Of a stretch of DNA of 62,397 bases, positions 41,001-55,879 are shown piece after piece. The notes beneath the pieces are model-generated. The model was not told the origin of the DNA. It searched no databases and saw only the letters and a list, made by a program, of their open reading frames with translations. The translations under genes and the position numbers were made by a program. Source of the DNA: Azolla caroliniana. Its lineage: Eukaryota; Plantae; Polypodiophyta. Positions within the stretch are counted from its first letter, which is position 1. Every line of letters starts with the position of its first letter. The DNA lies in NCBI GenBank assembly GCA_043228905.1, contig JBHGNT010000165.1, positions 1 through 62,397 on the forward strand, read 5' to 3'.

Positions 41001-44000
41001 AGGTATGAACATTTTAATTTACTCAAGGGCTTCTCTCAACTCACTCCTCAAATTTGGTAATTTCATCATGTCTCGCGACCTGCGTTTCAAAATCTTGATT
41101 TTTTAACTCCATATCAAAGCTAGCATTGTTAGCTTCGATTCACATGTTTGAACACAAAAATCCGATATCACACGAGCCAGGTATGAACATTTTAATTTAC
41201 TCAAGGGCTCCTCTCAACTCACTCCTCAAATTTGGTAATTTCGTCATGTCTCGCGACCTGAGTTTCGAAATCTTGATTTTTTAATTCCATATCATAGCTA
41301 GCGTTGTTTGCTTCGATTCGCATGTTTGAACACAAAAATCCGATATCACACGAGCCAGGTATGAACATTTTGATTTACCTTATAGCTCTTCTCAACTCAC
41401 TCCTCAAATTTGGTAATCTCATCATGTCTCTTGACCTGAGTTTCAAAATCTTGATTTTTTAACTCCATATCATAGCTAGCATTGTTAGCTTTGATTCGCA
41501 TGTTTGAACACAAAAATCCGATATCACACGAGCCAGGTATGAACATTTTGATTTACCTCATAGCTCTTCTCAACTCACTCCTCAAATTTGGTAATTTCGT
41601 CATGGCTCTCGACCTGAGTTTCAAAATCTTGATTTTTTAATTCCATATCATAGCTAGCGTTGTTAGCTTGGATTCGCATGTTTGAACACAAAAATCCGAT
41701 ATCACACGAGCCAGGTATGAACATTTTAATTTACTCAAGGGCTTCTCTCAACTCACTCCTCAAATTTGGTAATCTCATCATGTCTCTCGACCTGAGTTTC
41801 AAAATCTTGATTTTTTAATTCCATATCATAGCTAGCATTGTTAGCTTCGATTCGCATGTTTGAACACAAAAATCCGATATCACACGAGCCAGGTATGAAC
41901 ATTTTAATTTAACTCATAGCTCTTCTTAACTCACTCCTCAAATTTGGTATTTTCGTCATGTCTCTCGACCTGAGTTTCAAAATCTTGTTTTTCTAATTCC
42001 ATAACATAGCTAGCGTTGTTAGCTTCGATTCGCATGTTTGAACACAAAAATCCGATATCACACGAGCCAGGTATGAACATTTTAATTTACTCAAGGAATT
42101 CTCTCAACTCACTCCTCAAATTTGGTAATCTCATCATGTCTCTCGACCTGAGTTTCAAAATCTTGATTTTTTAATTCCATATCATAGCTAGCGTTGTTAG
42201 CTTCGATTCGCATGTTTGAACACAAAAATCCGATATCACACGAGCCAGGTATGAACATTTTAATTTACTCAAGGGCTTCTCTCAACTCACTCCTCAAATT
42301 TGGTAATCTCATCATGTCTCTCGACCTGAGTTTCAAAATCTTGATTTTTTAATTCCATATCATAGCTAGCACTGTTAGCTTCGATTCGCATGTTTGAACA
42401 CAAAAATCCGATATCACACGAGCCAGGTATGAACATTTTAATTTACTCAAGGGCTTCTCTCAACTCACTCCTCAAATTTGGTAATCTCATCATGTCTCTC
42501 GACCTGAGTTTCAAAATCTTGATTTTTTAATTCCATATCATAGCTAGCGTTGTTAGCTTCGATTCGCATGTTTGAACACAAAAATCCGATATCACACGAG
42601 CCAGGTATGAACATTTTAATTTACTCAAGGGCTTCTCTCAACTCACTCCTCAAATTTGGTAATCTCATCATGTCTCTGGACCTGAGTTTCAAAATCTTGA
42701 TTTTTTAATTCCATATCATAGCTAGCGTAGTTAGCTTCGATTCGCATGTTTGAACACAAAAATCCGATATCACACGAGCCAGGTATGAACATTTTAATTT
42801 ACTCAAGGGCTTCTCTCAACTCACTCCTCAAATTTGGTAATCTCATCATGTCTCTCGACCTTAGTTTCAAAATCTTGATTTTCTAATTCCATATCATAGC
42901 TAGTGTTGTTAGCTTCGATTCGCATGTTTGAACACAAAAATCCGATATCACACGAGCCAGGTATGAACATTTTAATTTACTCAAGGGCTTCTCTCAACTC
43001 ACTCCTCAAATTTGGTAATCTCATCATGTCTCTCGACCTGAGTTTCAAAATCTTGATTTTTTAATTCCATATCATAGCTAGCGTTGTTAGCTTCGATTCG
43101 CATGTTTGAACTCAAAAATCCGATATCACACGAGCCAGGTATGAACATTTTAATTTAACTCATAGCTCTTCTTAACTCACTCCTCAAATTTGGTATTCTC
43201 GTCATGTCTCTCGACCTGAGTTTCAAAATCTTGATTTTCTAAATCTATATCATAGCTAGTGTTGTTAGCTTCGATTCGCATGTTTGAACACAAAAATCCG
43301 ATATCACACGAGCCAGGTATGAACATTTTAATTTACTCAAGGGCTTCTCTCAACTCACTCCTCAAATTTGGTAATTTCGTCATGTCTCGCGACCTGCGTT
43401 TCAAAATCTTGATTTTTTAACTCCATATCATAGCTAGCATTGTTAGCTTCGATTCACATGTTTGAACACAAAAATCCGATATCACACGAGCCAGGTATGA
43501 ACATTTTAATTTACTCAAGGGCTTCTCTCAACTCACTCCTCAAATTTGGTAATTTCATCATGTCTCGCGACCTGCGTTTCAAAATCTTGATTTTTTAACT
43601 CCATATCAAAGCTAGCATTGTTAGCTTCGATTCACATGTTTGAACACAAAAATCCGATATCACACGAGCCAGGTATGAACATTTTAATTTACTCAAGGGC
43701 TCCTCTCAACTCACTCCTCAAATTTGGTAATTTCGTCATGTCTCGCGACCTGAGTTTCGAAATCTTGATTTTTTAATTCCATATCATAGCTAGCGTTGTT
43801 TGCTTCGATTCGCATGTTTGAACACAAAAATCCGATATCACACGAGCCAGGTATGAACATTTTGATTTACCTTATAGCTCTTCTCAACTCACTCCTCAAA
43901 TTTGGTAATCTCATCATGTCTCTTGACCTGAGTTTCAAAATCTTGATTTTTTAACTCCATATCATAGCTAGCATTGTTAGCTTTGATTCGCATGTTTGAA

Positions 44001-47000
44001 CACAAAAATCCGATATCACACGAGCCAGGTATGAACATTTTGATTTACCTCATAGCTCTTCTCAACTCACTCCTCAAATTTGGTAATTTCGTCATGGCTC
44101 TCGACCTGAGTTTCAAAATCTTGATTTTTTAATTCCATATCATAGCTAGCGTTGTTAGCTTGGATTCGCATGTTTGAACACAAAAATCCGATATCACACG
44201 AGCCAGGTATGAACATTTTAATTTACTCAAGGGCTTCTCTCAACTCACTCCTCAAATTTGGTAATCTCATCATGTCTCTCGACCTGAGTTTCAAAATCTT
44301 GATTTTTTAATTCCATATCATAGCTAGCGTTGTTAGCTTCGATTCGCATGTTTGAACACAAAAATCCGATATCACACGAGCCAGGTATGAACATTTTAAT
44401 TTACTCAAGGGCTTCTCTCAACTCACTCCTCAAATTTGGTAATCTCATCATGTCTCTGGACCTGAGTTTCAAAATCTTGATTTTTTAATTCCATATCATA
44501 GCTAGCGTAGTTAGCTTCGATTCGCATGTTTGAACACAAAAATCCGATATCACACGAGCCAGGTATGAACATTTTAATTTACTCAAGGGCTTCTCTCAAC
44601 TCACTCCTCAAATTTGGTAATCTCATCATGTCTCTCGACCTTAGTTTCAAAATCTTGATTTTCTAATTCCATATCATAGCTAGTGTTGTTAGCTTCGATT
44701 CGCATGTTTGAACACAAAAATCCGATATCACACGAGCCAGGTATGAACATTTTAATTTACTCAAGGGCTTCTCTCAACTCACTCCTCAAATTTGGTAATC
44801 TCATCATGTCTCTCGACCTGAGTTTCAAAATCTTGATTTTTTAATTCCATATCATAGCTAGCGTTGTTAGCTTCGATTCGCATGTTTGAACTCAAAAATC
44901 CGATATCACACGAGCCAGGTATGAACATTTTAATTTAACTCATAGCTCTTCTTAACTCACTCCTCAAATTTGGTATTCTCGTCATGTCTCTCGACCTGAG
45001 TTTCAAAATCTTGATTTTCTAAATCTATATCATAGCTAGTGTTGTTAGCTTCGATTCGCATGTTTGAACACAAAAATCCGATATCACACGAGCCAGGTAT
45101 GAACATTTTAATTTACTCAAGGGCTTCTCTCAACTCACTCCTCAAATTTGGTAATTTCGTCATGTCTCGCGACCTGCGTTTCAAAATCTTGATTTTTTAA
45201 CTCCATATCATAGCTAGCATTGTTAGCTTCGATTCACATGTTTGAACACAAAAATCCGATATCACACGAGCCAGGTATGAACATTTTAATTTACTCAAGG
45301 GCTTCTCTCAACTCACTCCTCAAATTTGGTAATTTCATCATGTCTCGCGACCTGCGTTTCAAAATCTTGATTTTTTAACTTCATATCAAAGCTAGCATTG
45401 TTAGCTTCGATTCACATGTTTGAACACAAAAATCCGATATCACACGAGCCAGGTATGAACATTTTAATTTACTCAAGGGCTCCTCTCAACTCACTCCTCA
45501 AATTTGGTAATTTCGTCATGTCTCGCGACCTGAGTTTCGAAATCTTGATTTTTTAATTCCATATCATAGCTAGCGTTGTTTGCTTCGATTCGCATGTTTG
45601 AACACAAAAATCCGATATCACACGAGCCAGGTATGAACATTTTGATTTACCTTATAGCTCTTCTCAACTCACTCCTCAAATTTGGTAATCTCATCATGTC
45701 TCTTGACCTGAGTTTCAAAATCTTGATTTTTTAACTCCATATCATAGCTAGCATTGTTAGCTTTGATTCGCATGTTTGAACACAAAAATCCGATATCACA
45801 CGAGCCAGGTATGAACATTTTGATTTACCTCATAGCTCTTCTCAACTCACTCCTCAAATTTGGTAATTTCGTCATGGCTCTCGACCTGAGTTTCAAAATC
45901 TTGATTTTTTAATTCCATATCATAGCTAGCGTTGTTAGCTTGGATTCGCATGTTTGAACACAAAAATCCGATATCACACGAGCCAGGTATGAACATTTTA
46001 ATTTACTCAAGGGCTTCTCTCAACTCACTCCTCAAATTTGGTAATCTCATCATGTCTCTCGACCTGAGTTTCAAAATCTTGATTTTTTAATTCCATATCA
46101 TAGCTAGCATTGTTAGCTTCGATTCGCATGTTTGAACACAAAAATCCGATATCACACGAGCCAGGTATGAACATTTTAATTTAACTCATAGCTCTTCTTA
46201 ACTCACTCCTCAAATTTGGTATTTTCGTCATGTCTCTCGACCTGAGTTTCAAAATCTTGTTTTTCTAATTCCATAACATAGCTAGCGTTGTTAGCTTCGA
46301 TTCGCATGTTTGAACACAAAAATCCGATATCACACGAGCCAGGTATGAACATTTTAATTTACTCAAGGAATTCTCTCAACTCACTCCTCAAATTTGGTAA
46401 TCTCATCATGTCTCTCGACCTGAGTTTCAAAATCTTGATTTTTTAATTCCATATCATAGCTAGCGTTGTTAGCTTCGATTCGCATGTTTGAACACAAAAA
46501 TCCGATATCACACGAGCCAGGTATGAACATTTTAATTTACTCAAGGGCTTCTCTCAACTCACTCCTCAAATTTGGTAATCTCATCATGTCTCTCGACCTG
46601 AGTTTCAAAATCTTGATTTTTTAATTCCATATCATAGCTAGCACTGTTAGCTTCGATTCGCATGTTTGAACACAAAAATCCGATATCACACGAGCCAGGT
46701 ATGAACATTTTAATTTACTCAAGGGCTTCTCTCAACTCACTCCTCAAATTTGGTAATCTCATCATGTCTCTCGACCTGAGTTTCAAAATCTTGATTTTTT
46801 AATTCCATATCATAGCTAGCGTTGTTAGCTTCGATTCGCATGTTTGAACACAAAAATCCGATATCACACGAGCCAGGTATGAACATTTTAATTTACTCAA
46901 GGGCTTCTCTCAACTCACTCCTCAAATTTGGTAATCTCATCATGTCTCTGGACCTGAGTTTCAAAATCTTGATTTTTTAATTCCATATCATAGCTAGCGT

Positions 47001-50000
47001 AGTTAGCTTCGATTCGCATGTTTGAACACAAAAATCCGATATCACACGAGCCAGGTATGAACATTTTAATTTACTCAAGGGCTTCTCTCAACTCACTCCT
47101 CAAATTTGGTAATCTCATCATGTCTCTCGACCTTAGTTTCAAAATCTTGATTTTCTAATTCCATATCATAGCTAGTGTTGTTAGCTTCGATTCGCATGTT
47201 TGAACACAAAAATCCGATATCACACGAGCCAGGTATGAACATTTTAATTTACTCAAGGGCTTCTCTCAACTCACTCCTCAAATTTGGTAATCTCATCATG
47301 TCTCTCGACCTGAGTTTCAAAATCTTGATTTTTTAATTCCATATCATAGCTAGCGTTGTTAGCTTCGATTCGCATGTTTGAACTCAAAAATCCGATATCA
47401 CACGAGCCAGGTATGAACATTTTAATTTAACTCATAGCTCTTCTTAACTCACTCCTCAAATTTGGTATTCTCGTCATGTCTCTCGACCTGAGTTTCAAAA
47501 TCTTGATTTTCTAAATCTATATCATAGCTAGTGTTGTTAGCTTCGATTCGCATGTTTGAACACAAAAATCCGATATCACACGAGCCAGGTATGAACATTT
47601 TAATTTACTCAAGGGCTTCTCTCAACTCACTCCTCAAATTTGGTAATTTCGTCATGTCTCGCGACCTGCGTTTCAAAATCTTGATTTTTTAACTCCATAT
47701 CATAGCTAGCATTGTTAGCTTCGATTCACATGTTTGAACACAAAAATCCGATATCACACGAGCCAGGTATGAACATTTTAATTTACTCAAGGGCTTCTCT
47801 CAACTCACTCCTCAAATTTGGTAATTTCGTCATGTCTCGCGACCTGAGTTTCAAAATCTTGATTTTTTAATTCCATATCATAGCTAGCGTTGTTAGCTTC
47901 GATTCGCATGTTTGAACACAAAAATCCGATATCACACGAGCCAGGTATGAACATTTTAATTTACTCAAGGGCTTCTCTCAACTCACTCCTCAAATTTGGT
48001 AATCTCATCATGTCTCTCGACCTGAGTTTCAAAATCTTGATTTTCTAATTCCATATCATAGCTAGTGTTGTTAGCTTCGATTCGCATGTTTGAACACAAA
48101 AATCCGATATCACACGAGCCAGGTATGAACATTTTAATTTACTCAAGGGCTTCTCTCAACTCACTCCTCAAATTTGGTAATCTCATCATGTCTCTCGACC
48201 TGAGTTTCAAAATCTTGATTTTTTAATTCCATATCATAGCTAGCGTTGTTAGCTTCGATTCGCATGTTTGAACACAAAAATCCGATATCACACGAGCCAG
48301 GTATGAACATTTTAATTTACTCAAGGGCTTCTCTCAACTCACTCCTCAAATTTGGTAATCTCATCATGTCTCTCGACCTGAGTTTCAAAATCTTGATTTT
48401 TTAATTCCATATCATAGCTAGCGTTGTTAGCTTCGATTCGCATGTTTGAACTCAAAAATCCGATATCACACGAGCCAGGTATGAACATTTTAATTTAACT
48501 CATAGCTCTTCTTAACTCACTCCTCAAATTTGGTATTCTCGTCATGTCTCTCGACCTGAGTTTCATAATCTTGATTTTCTAAATCTATATCATAGCTAGT
48601 GTTGTTAGCTTTGATTCGCATGTTTGAACACAAAAATCCGATATCACACGAGCCAGGTATGAACATTTTAATTTACGCAAGGGCTTCTCTCAACTCACTC
48701 CTCAAATTTGGTAATCTCATCATGTCTCTCGACCTGAGTTTCAAAATCTTGATTTTCTAATTCTATATCATAGCTAGTGTTGTTAGCTTCGATTCGCATG
48801 TTTGAACACAAAAATCCGATATCACACGAGCCAGGTATGAACATTTTAATTTACTCAAGGGCTTCTCTCAACTCACTCCTCAAATTTGGTAATTTCGTCA
48901 TGTCTCACGACCTGAGTTTCAAAATCTTGAATTTTTTACTCCATATCATAGCTAGCATTGTTAGCTTCGATTCACATGTTTGAACACAAAAATCCGATAT
49001 CACACGAGCCAGGTATGAACATTTTAATTTACTCAAGGGCTTCTCTCAACTCACTCCTCAAATTTGGTAATTTCGTCATGTCTCGCGACCTGAGTTTCAA
49101 AATCTTGATTTTTTAATTCCATATCATAGCTAGCGTTGTTAGCTTCGATTCGCATGTTTGAACACAAAAATCCGATATCACACGAGCCAGGTATAAACAT
49201 TTTAATTTACTCAAGGGCTTCTCTCAACTCACTCCTCAAATTTGGTAATCTCATCATGTCTCTCGACCTGAGTTTCAAAATCTTGATTTTTTAATTCCAT
49301 ATCATAGCTAGCACTGTTAGCTTCGATTCGCATGTTTGAACACAAAAATCCGATCTCACACGAGCCAGGTATGAACATTTTAATTTACTCAAGGGCTTCT
49401 CTCAACTCACTCCTCAAATTTGGTAATCTCATCATGTCTCTCGACCTGAGTTTCAAAATCTTGATTTTTTCAATCCATATCATAGCTAGCGTTGTTAGCT
49501 TCGATTCGCATGTTTGAACACAAAAATCTGATATCACACGAGCCAGGTATGAACATTTTAATTTACTCAAGGGCTTCTCTCAACTCACTCCTCAAATTTG
49601 GTAATTTCGTCATGTCTCGCGACCTGAGTTTCAAAATCTTGATTTTTTAACTCCATATCATAGCTAGCATTGTTAGCTTCGATTCGCATGTTTGAACACA
49701 AAAATCCGATATCACACGAGCCAGGTATGAACATTTTAATTTACGCAAGGGCTTCTCTCAACTCACTCCTCAAATTTGGTAATTTCGTCATGTCTCGCGC
49801 ATTGTTAGCTTCGATTCGCATGTTTGAACACAAAAATCCGATCTCACACAAGCCAGGTATGAACATTTTAATTTACTCAAGGGCTTCTCTCAACTCACTC
49901 CTCAAATTTGGTAATCTCATCATGTCCTTCGACCTGAGTTTCAAAATCTTGATTTTTTAATTCCATATCATAGCTAGCGTTGTTAGCTTCGATTCGCATG

Positions 50001-50700
50001 TTTGAACACAAAAATCCGATATCACACGAGCCAGGTATGAACATTTTAATTTACTGAAGGGCTTCTCTCAACTCACTCCTCAAATTTGGTAATCTCATCA
50101 TGTGTCTCGACCTGAGTTTCAAAATCTTGATTTTTTAATTCCATATCCTAGCTAGCGTTGTTAGCTTCGATTCGCATGTTTGAACTCAAAAATCCGATAT
50201 CACACGAGCCAGGTATGAACATTTTAATTTAACTCATAGCTCTTCTTAACTCACTCCTCAAATTTCGTATTTTCGTCATGTCTCTCGACCTGAGTTTCAA
50301 AATCTTGATTTTCTAATTCTATATCATAGCTAGTGTTGTTAGCTTCGATTCGCATGTTTGAACACAAAATTCCGATATCACACGAGCCAGGTATGAACAT
50401 TTTAATTTACTCAAGGGCTTCTCTCAACTCACTCCTCAAATTTGGTAATTTCATCATGTCTCGCGACCTGCGTTTCAAAATCTTGATTTTTTAACTCCAT
50501 ATCAAAGCTAGCATTGTTAGCTTCGATTCACATGTTTGAACACAAAAATCCGATATCACACGAGCCAGGTATGAACATTTTAATTTACTCAAGGGCTCCT
50601 CTCAACTCACTCCTCAAATTTGGTAATTTCGTCATGTCTCGCGACCTGAGTTTCGAAATCTTGATTTTTTAATTCCATATCATAGCTAGCGTTGTTTGCT
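32040..50700 (+). repeat. Variable-period HOR domain marked by five 132-bp (46-bp-deleted) monomers
   Basis: The junction 'tgtctcgcg|cattgttag' occurs at 32539, 34807, 37965, 40411 and 49799. The spacings 2268, 3158, 2446 and 9388 equal 13, 18, 14 and 53 monomers minus 46 bp. Confidence 0.93.
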
Positions 50701-53700
50701 TCGATTCGCATGTTTGAACACAAAAATCCGATATCACACGAGCCAGGTATGAACATTTTGATTTACCTCATAGCTCTTCTCAACTCACTCCTCAAATTTG
50801 GTAATCTCATCATGTCTCTTGACCTGAGTTTCAAAATCTTGATTTTTTAACTCCATATCATAGCTAGCATTGTTAGCTTTGATTCGCATGTTTGAACACA
50901 AAAATCCGATATCACACGAGCCAGGTATGAACATTTTGATTTACCTCATAGCTCTTCTCAACTCACTCCTCAAATTTGGTAATTTCGTCATGGCTCTCGA
51001 CCTGAGTTTCAAAATCTTGATTTTTTAATTCCATATCATAGCTAGCGTTGTTAGCTTGGATTCGCATGTTTGAACACAAAAATCCGATATCACACGAGCC
51101 AGGTATGAACATTTTAATTTACTCAAGGGCTTCTCTCAACTCACTCCTCAAATTTGGTAATCTCATCATGTCTCTCGACCTGAGTTTCAAAATCTTGATT
51201 TTTTAATTCCATATCATAGCTAGCATTGTTAGCTTCGATTCGCATGTTTGAACACAAAAATCCGATATCACACGAGCCAGGTATGAACATTTTAATTTAA
51301 CTCATAGCTCTTCTTAACTCACTCCTCAAATTTGGTATTTTCGTCATGTCTCTCGACCTGAGTTTCAAAATCTTGTTTTTCTAATTCCATATCATAGCTA
51401 GCGTTGTTAGCTTCGATTCGCATGTTTGAACACAAAAATCCGATATCACACGAGCCAGGTATGAACATTTTAATTTACTCAAGGAATTCTCTCAACTCAC
51501 TCCTCAAATTTGGTAATCTCATCATGTCTCTCGACCTGAGTTTCAAAATCTTGATTTTTTAATTCCATATCATAGCTAGCGTTGTTAGCTTCGATTCGCA
51601 TGTTTGAACACAAAAATCCGATATCACACGAGCCAGGTATGAACATTTTAATTTACTCAAGGGCTTCTCTCAACTCACTCCTCAAATTTGGTAATCTCAT
51701 CATGTCTCTCGACCTGAGTTTCAAAATCTTGATTTTTTAATTCCATATCATAGCTAGCACTGTTAGCTTCGATTCGCATGTTTGAACACAAAAATCCGAT
51801 ATCACACGAGCCAGGTATGAACATTTTAATTTACTCAAGGGCTTCTCTCAACTCACTCCTCAAATTTGGTAATCTCATCATGTCTCTCGACCTGAGTTTC
51901 AAAATCTTGATTTTTTAATACCATATCATAGCTAGCGTTGTTAGCTTCGATTCGCATGTTTGAACACAAAAATCCGATATCACACGAGCCAGGTATGAAC
52001 ATTTTAATTTACTCAAGGGCTTCTCTCAACTCACTCCTCAAATTTGGTAATCTCATCATGTCTCTGGACCTGAGTTTCAAAATCTTGATTTTTTAATTCC
52101 ATATCATAGCTAGCGTAGTTAGCTTCGATTCGCATGTTTGAACACAAAAATCCGATATCACACGAGCCAGGTATGAACATTTTAATTTACTCAAGGGCTT
52201 CTCTCAACTCACTCCTCAAATTTGGTAATCTCATCATGTCTCTCGACCTTAGTTTCAAAATCTTGATTTTCTAATTCCATATCATAGCTAGTGTTGTTAG
52301 CTTCGATTCGCATGTTTGAACACAAAAATCCGATATCACACGAGCCACGTATGAACATTTTAATTTACTCAAGGGCTTCTCTCAACTCACTCCTCAAATT
52401 TGGTAATCTCATCATGTCTCTCGACCTGAGTTTCAAAATCTTGATTTTTTAATTCCATATCATAGCTAGCGTTGTTAGCTTCGATTCGCATGTTTGAACT
52501 CAAAAATCCGATATCACACGAGCCAGGTATGAACATTTTAATTTAACTCATAGCTCTTCTTAACTCACTCCTCAAATTTGGTATTCTCGTCATGTCTCTC
52601 GACCTGAGTTTCAAAATCTTGATTTTCTAAATCTATATCATAGCTAGTGTTGTTAGCTTCGATTCGCATGTTTGAACACAAAAATCCGATATCACACGAG
52701 CCAGGTATGAACATTTTAATTTACTCAAGGGCTTCTCTCAACTCACTCCTCAAATTTGGTAATTTCGTCATGTCTCGCGACCTGCGTTTCAAAATCTTGA
52801 TTTTTTAACTCCATATCATAGCTAGCATTGTTAGCTTCGATTCACATGTTTGAACACAAAAATCCGATATCACACGAGCCAGGTATGAACATTTTAATTT
52901 ACTCAAGGGCTTCTCTCAACTCACTCCTCAAATTTGGTAATTTCGTCATGTCTCGCGACCTGAGTTTCAAAATCTTGATTTTTTAATTCCATATCATAGC
53001 TAGCGTTGTTAGCTTCGATTCGCATGTTTGAACACAAAAATCCGATATCACACGAGCCAGGTATGAACATTTTAATTTACTCAAGGGCTTCTCTCAACTC
53101 ACTCCTCAAATTTGGTAATCTCATCATGTCTCTCGACCTGAGTTTCAAAATCTTGATTTTCTAATTCCATATCATAGCTAGTGTTGTTAGCTTCGATTCG
53201 CATGTGTGAACACAAAAATCCGATATCACACGAGCCAGGTATGAACATTTTAATTTACTCAAGGGCTTCTCTCAACTCACTCCTCAAATTTGGTAATCTC
53301 ATCATGTCTCTCGACCTGCGTTTCAAAATCTTGATTTTCTAATTCCATATCATAGCTAGCGTTGTTAGCTTCGATTCGCATGTTTGAACACAAAAATCCG
53401 ATATCACACGAGCCAGGTATGAACATTTTAATTTACTCAAGGGCTCTTCTCAACTCACTCCTCAAATTTGGTAATTTCGTAATGGCTATCGACCTGAGTT
53501 TCAAAATCTTGATTTTCTAATTCCATATCATAGCTAGTGTTGTTAGCTTCGATTCGCATGTTTGAACACAAAAATCCGATATCACACGAGCCAGGTATGA
53601 ACATTTTAATTTACTCAAGGGCTTCTCTCAACTCACTCCTCAAATTTGGTAATCTCATCATGTCTCTCGACCTGAGTTTCAAAATCTTGAGTTTTTAACT

Positions 53701-55879
53701 CCATATCATAGCTAGCATTGTCAGCTTCGATTCGCATGTTTGAACACAAAAATCCGATATCACACGAGCCAGGTATGAACATTTTAATTTACGCAAGGGC
53801 TTCTCTCAACTCACTCCTCAAATTTGGTAATTTCGTCATGTCTCGCGACGTGAGTTTCAAAATCTTGATTTTTTAATTCCATATCATAGCTAGCGTTGTT
53901 AGCTTCGATTCGCATGTTTGAACACAAAAATCCGATATCACACGAGCCAGGTATGAACATTTTAATTTACTCAAGGGCTTCTCTCAACTCACTCCTCAAA
54001 TTTGGTAATCTCATCATGTCTCTCGACCTGAGTTTCAAAATCTTGATTTTTTAATTCGAAATCATAGCTAGTGTTGTTAGCTTCGATTCGCATGTTTGAA
54101 CACAAAAATCCGATATCACACGAGCCAGGTATGAACATTTTAACTTACTTAAGGGCTTCTCTCAACTCACTCCTCAAATTTGGTAATTTCGTCATGTCTC
54201 GCGACCTGCGTTTCAAAATCTTGATTTTTTAATTCCATATCATAGCTAGCGTTGTTAGCTTCGATTCGCATGTTTGAACTCAAAAATCCGATATCACACG
54301 AGCCAGGTATGAACATTTTAATTTACTCAAGGGCTTCTCTCAACTCACTCCTCAAATTTGGTAATCTCATCATGTCTCTCGACCTGAGTTTCAAAATCTT
54401 GATTTTTTAATTCCATATCATAGCTAGTGTTGTTAGCTTCGATTCGCATGTTTGAACACAAAAATCCGATATCACACGAGCCAGGTATGAACATTTTAAT
54501 TTACTCAAGGGCTTCTCTCAACTCACTCCTCAAATTTGGTAATCTCATCATGTCTCTCGACCTGAGTTTCAAAATCTTGATTTTCTAATTCCATATCATA
54601 GCTAGTGTTGTTAGCTTCGATTCGCATGTTTGAACACAAAAATCCGATATCACACGAGCCAGGTATGAACATTTTAATTTACTCAAGGGCTTCTCTCAAC
54701 TCACTCCTCAAATTTGGTAATCTCATCATGTCTCTCGACCTGAGTTTCAAAATCTTGATTTTTTAATTCCATATCATAGCTAGCGTTGTTGGCTTCGATT
54801 CGCATGTTTGAACTCAAAAATCCGATATCACACGAGCCAGGTATGAACATTTTAATTTACGCAAGGGCTTCTCTCAACTCACTCCTCAAATTTGGTAATT
54901 TCGTCATGTCTCGCGACCTGAGTTTCAAAATCTTGATTTTTTAATTCCATAACATAGCTAGCGTTGTTAGCTTCGATTCGCATGTTTGAACTCAAAAATC
55001 CGATATCACACGAGCCAGGTATGAACATTTTAATTTAACTCATAGCTCTTCTTAACTCACTCCTCAAATTTGGTATTTTCGTCATGTCTCTCGACCTGAG
55101 TTTCAAAATCTTGATTTTCTAACTCCATATCATAGCTAGCGTTGTTAGCTTCGATTCGCATGTTTGAACACAAAAATCCGATATCACACGAGCCAGGTAT
55201 GAATATTTTAATTTAACTCATAGCTCTTCTTAACTCACTCCTCAAATTTGGTATTTTCGTCATGTCTCTCGATCTGAGTTTCAAAATCTTGATTTTCTAA
55301 TTCTATATCATAGCTAGTGTTGTTAGCTTCGATTCGCATGTTTGAACACAAAAATCCGATATCACACGAGCCAGGTATGAACATTTTAACTTACTTAAGG
55401 GCTTCTCTCAACTCAGTCCTCAAATTTGGTAATTTCGTCATGTCTCGCGACCTGCGTTTCAAAATCTTGATTTTTTAATTCCATATCATAGCTAGCGTTG
55501 TTAGCTTCGATTCGCATGTTTGAACTCAAAAATCCGATATCACACGAGCCAGGTATGAACATTTTAATTTACTCAAGGGCTTCTCTCAACTCACTCCTCA
55601 AATTTGGTAATCTCATCATGTCTCTCGACCTGAGTTTCAAAATCTTGATTTTTTAATTCCATATCATAGCTAGTGTTGTTAGCTTCGATTCGCATGTTTG
55701 AACACAAAAATCCGATATCACACGAGCCAGGTATGAACATTTTAATTTACTCAAGGGCTTCTCTCAACTCACTCCTCAAATTTGGTAATTTCGTCATGTC
55801 TCGCGACCTGAGTTTCAAAATCTTGATTTTTTAACTCCATATCATAGCTAGCATTGTTAGCTTCGATTCGCATGTTTGA

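Noticed and set aside
424-49960. Repeated 61-100-aa ORFs on both strands (MLASIRMFEHK..., MSKLKCSYLAR...)
   Set aside because: They are translations of the satellite. They appear only where a SNP or deletion removes a stop codon (e.g. ttttaa to tttcaa), mostly use non-ATG starts and overlap on opposite strands. The 178-bp unit is not a multiple of 3, and I recognise no domain.
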